From Opitutales bacterium (lineage in GTDB: Bacteria; Verrucomicrobiota; Verrucomicrobiia; Opitutales; UBA2987), in NCBI GenBank assembly GCA_965226885.1, contig CBDDEL010000010.1:192001-256000 (forward strand): a DNA stretch of 64,000 nt, given 5' to 3'. This document shows positions 62,468 to 64,000 of this stretch, piece after piece. Made by a program: the position numbers and the translations under genes. How positions within the stretch are numbered: the stretch's first letter is position 1; every line of letters starts with the position of its first letter. The notes beneath the pieces were generated by a model. That model had not been told where the DNA came from. It saw nothing but the letters and a program-made list of their open reading frames with translations, and did no database searches.

Positions 62468-63462
62468 CTCCACGGCATTTTTCTTTTTGTATATTGGCGG
62501 CCGATTTCGGCTGCGTCCTCTCTGCGGCCAGCACCGATCATGACTCCTTTGTCAAGACGCTTGACAACGTTGTCGGGCAATACGTTGTCCAGAAAATAAA
62601 CACCGTTGGCTTTACAGGCTGCCAGCACCCTGTCCCCCGCGGCGGCGACCTCAGGCAGGACCGGTGGATCCGCCCGCCCTTCCAGGGACCCATAGGCGAG
62701 GCCCAGGTCGCGCGGTCCATGCTCGGCGAAACAGATTCCTGGCACGTCGATGCTTTCCTCTGTGTTTTTGAGGGCTTCCTGGTCTTCGAGCTTGATTCCG
62801 AGCATGATCTCGCCATCCGGGTTCAACGGCCAAACATCGGCTTTTTGCAGGTATTCCTTCTTATCAATGCCCCAGACCCAGGCCGCAAATATATGGCTTC
62901 CCCAGCCCCGAAGACCCGTCCCGAGAACCTCCACCGATTGCTTGTGAATGGGATAGCGGGCCGCCTGCACATACCGTTTAACGGCCTCCGTGTCACGAGC
63001 CCGGGCCAGGTGGATGCCGTGGACGCCCTGGGCCAGGGCCTGTTGGATCATCCAGGAACCTCCCATGAAAGTGTCTTCATCCAGACCGAGCACGGGGAGG
63101 GAGACAATAACCGTAGGGGTGCGGTGCCCGCTGGGCGTCGGTCCGCCGTCCACGAGGCCTTTCATGAACTCGCGCAGGAGCGTAAAATCAAGCGGGCTGT
63201 GCTCCATATTGTAAATTATGTAATCCCCCCAGGTGCCGGCCATGTTTTTGCCCTCCTCGTAACCGCCGTAAGCGGCTGCGTAGTAAATGGGCTGACCGGC
63301 CGCCAGCAACTCGATGCATTTATTAACCCGCCGCGGCTCCCAGGCCGGGGCGTCCTCCTTCGCCTTCAATGCCTCTTCCGCCCGCGCCAGGGAAACAGCC
63401 GCCATTACAGACATAAGGGCCGGTATTAACCATTTAGTTCCGAAAAGTGAGTCCAATTTCAT
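62464..63462 (-). CDS. HpcH/HpaI aldolase-family protein with N-terminal signal peptide
   Basis: NMEHSP, QQALAQGVHGI, IKLED and HGPRDL motifs; hydrophobic signal ending ARA. Confidence 0.82.
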   Translation of the reverse strand: MKLDSLFGTKWLIPALMSVMAAVSLARAEEALKAKEDAPAWEPRRVNKCIELLAAGQPIYYAAAYGGYEEGKNMAGTWGDYIIYNMEHSPLDFTLLREFMKGLVDGGPTPSGHRTPTVIVSLPVLGLDEDTFMGGSWMIQQALAQGVHGIHLARARDTEAVKRYVQAARYPIHKQSVEVLGTGLRGWGSHIFAAWVWGIDKKEYLQKADVWPLNPDGEIMLGIKLEDQEALKNTEESIDVPGICFAEHGPRDLGLAYGSLEGRADPPVLPEVAAAGDRVLAACKANGVYFLDNVLPDNVVKRLDKGVMIGAGRREDAAEIGRQYTKRKMPWR

Positions 63463-63535
63463 TAACAGCCAACAGGTAATTAACAGCCAACAGGTAATCT
63501 ATAGGCGCAGATAGGCAAGAAGATATAGAATTTTG

Positions 63536-64000
63536 GGTAGTGTATAAAAAAAGAATGTTATTTTGTATTTTTAGCTGTACAAATAGCGTTAGGCAGTTTA
63601 TTCTTAGTGCATGGTTACTAAAATTATTAATTGTCGGCACTGTGGAAGTGAAAATATCATTAAATTTGGCAAGACGCCCAACCATAGACAGCGCTACCGC
63701 TGCCATGATTGTGGTAAACAAAGCCGCGAAAACCCCACAGTGAAATACACCGAAGAGCAAAAAGAAATGATCCTTCGAGTCTATCAGGAACGCAGCAGTC
63801 TACGCGGTTTACAGCGCGCCTTCGGGGTGAGTCCCAACACCGTTTTGAGTTGGTTAAAAAAAACGACAATCGCTGCGACCGCTCAAAAGCACGATTCTTG
63901 CGGCCCGCCGCCATGATGTCATTGAACTGGACGAACTGTGGTCTTTTGTGGGGCGCAAGAGCGATGCCCAATGGGTTTGGATCGCTCTTTGCCGACGCAC
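63536..64000 (+). mobile_element. IS1-family type B (partial, runs off window)
   Basis: Left IR GGTAGTGTATAAAAAAAG at 63536; insA 63611..63916. Confidence 0.94.

Overview
Bacterial chromosomal window, probably Verrucomicrobiota/Opitutales (an inference from protein style, not verified). Intact housekeeping genes (smc, leuC, leuD, exbB/exbD-like, fabV, uvrB, an EF-G paralog) and sugar/sulfate-ester catabolic genes are interspersed with about 15.7 kb (~24%) of insertion sequences from four families. These are two IS1-family elements that repeatedly nest inside each other, an IS1380-family element that has inserted into itself to build a 4.8-kb nested/tandem cluster inside a sulfatase gene, an IS21 element, and an IS5/ISNCY-like element. 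At least six genes are broken by IS insertion, frameshift or nonsense mutation. The most notable observations are: (1) a membrane protein that matches, motif for motif as I recall it, the vertebrate ANKH (progressive ankylosis) exporter; (2) the self-targeting IS1380 cluster; (3) a lone integron-type gene cassette with a canonical 57-bp attC site beside the IS21; (4) an IS1-family element whose insA/insB junction needs a +1 rather than the usual -1 shift. No rRNA, tRNA or CRISPR array was seen. No database searches were run.
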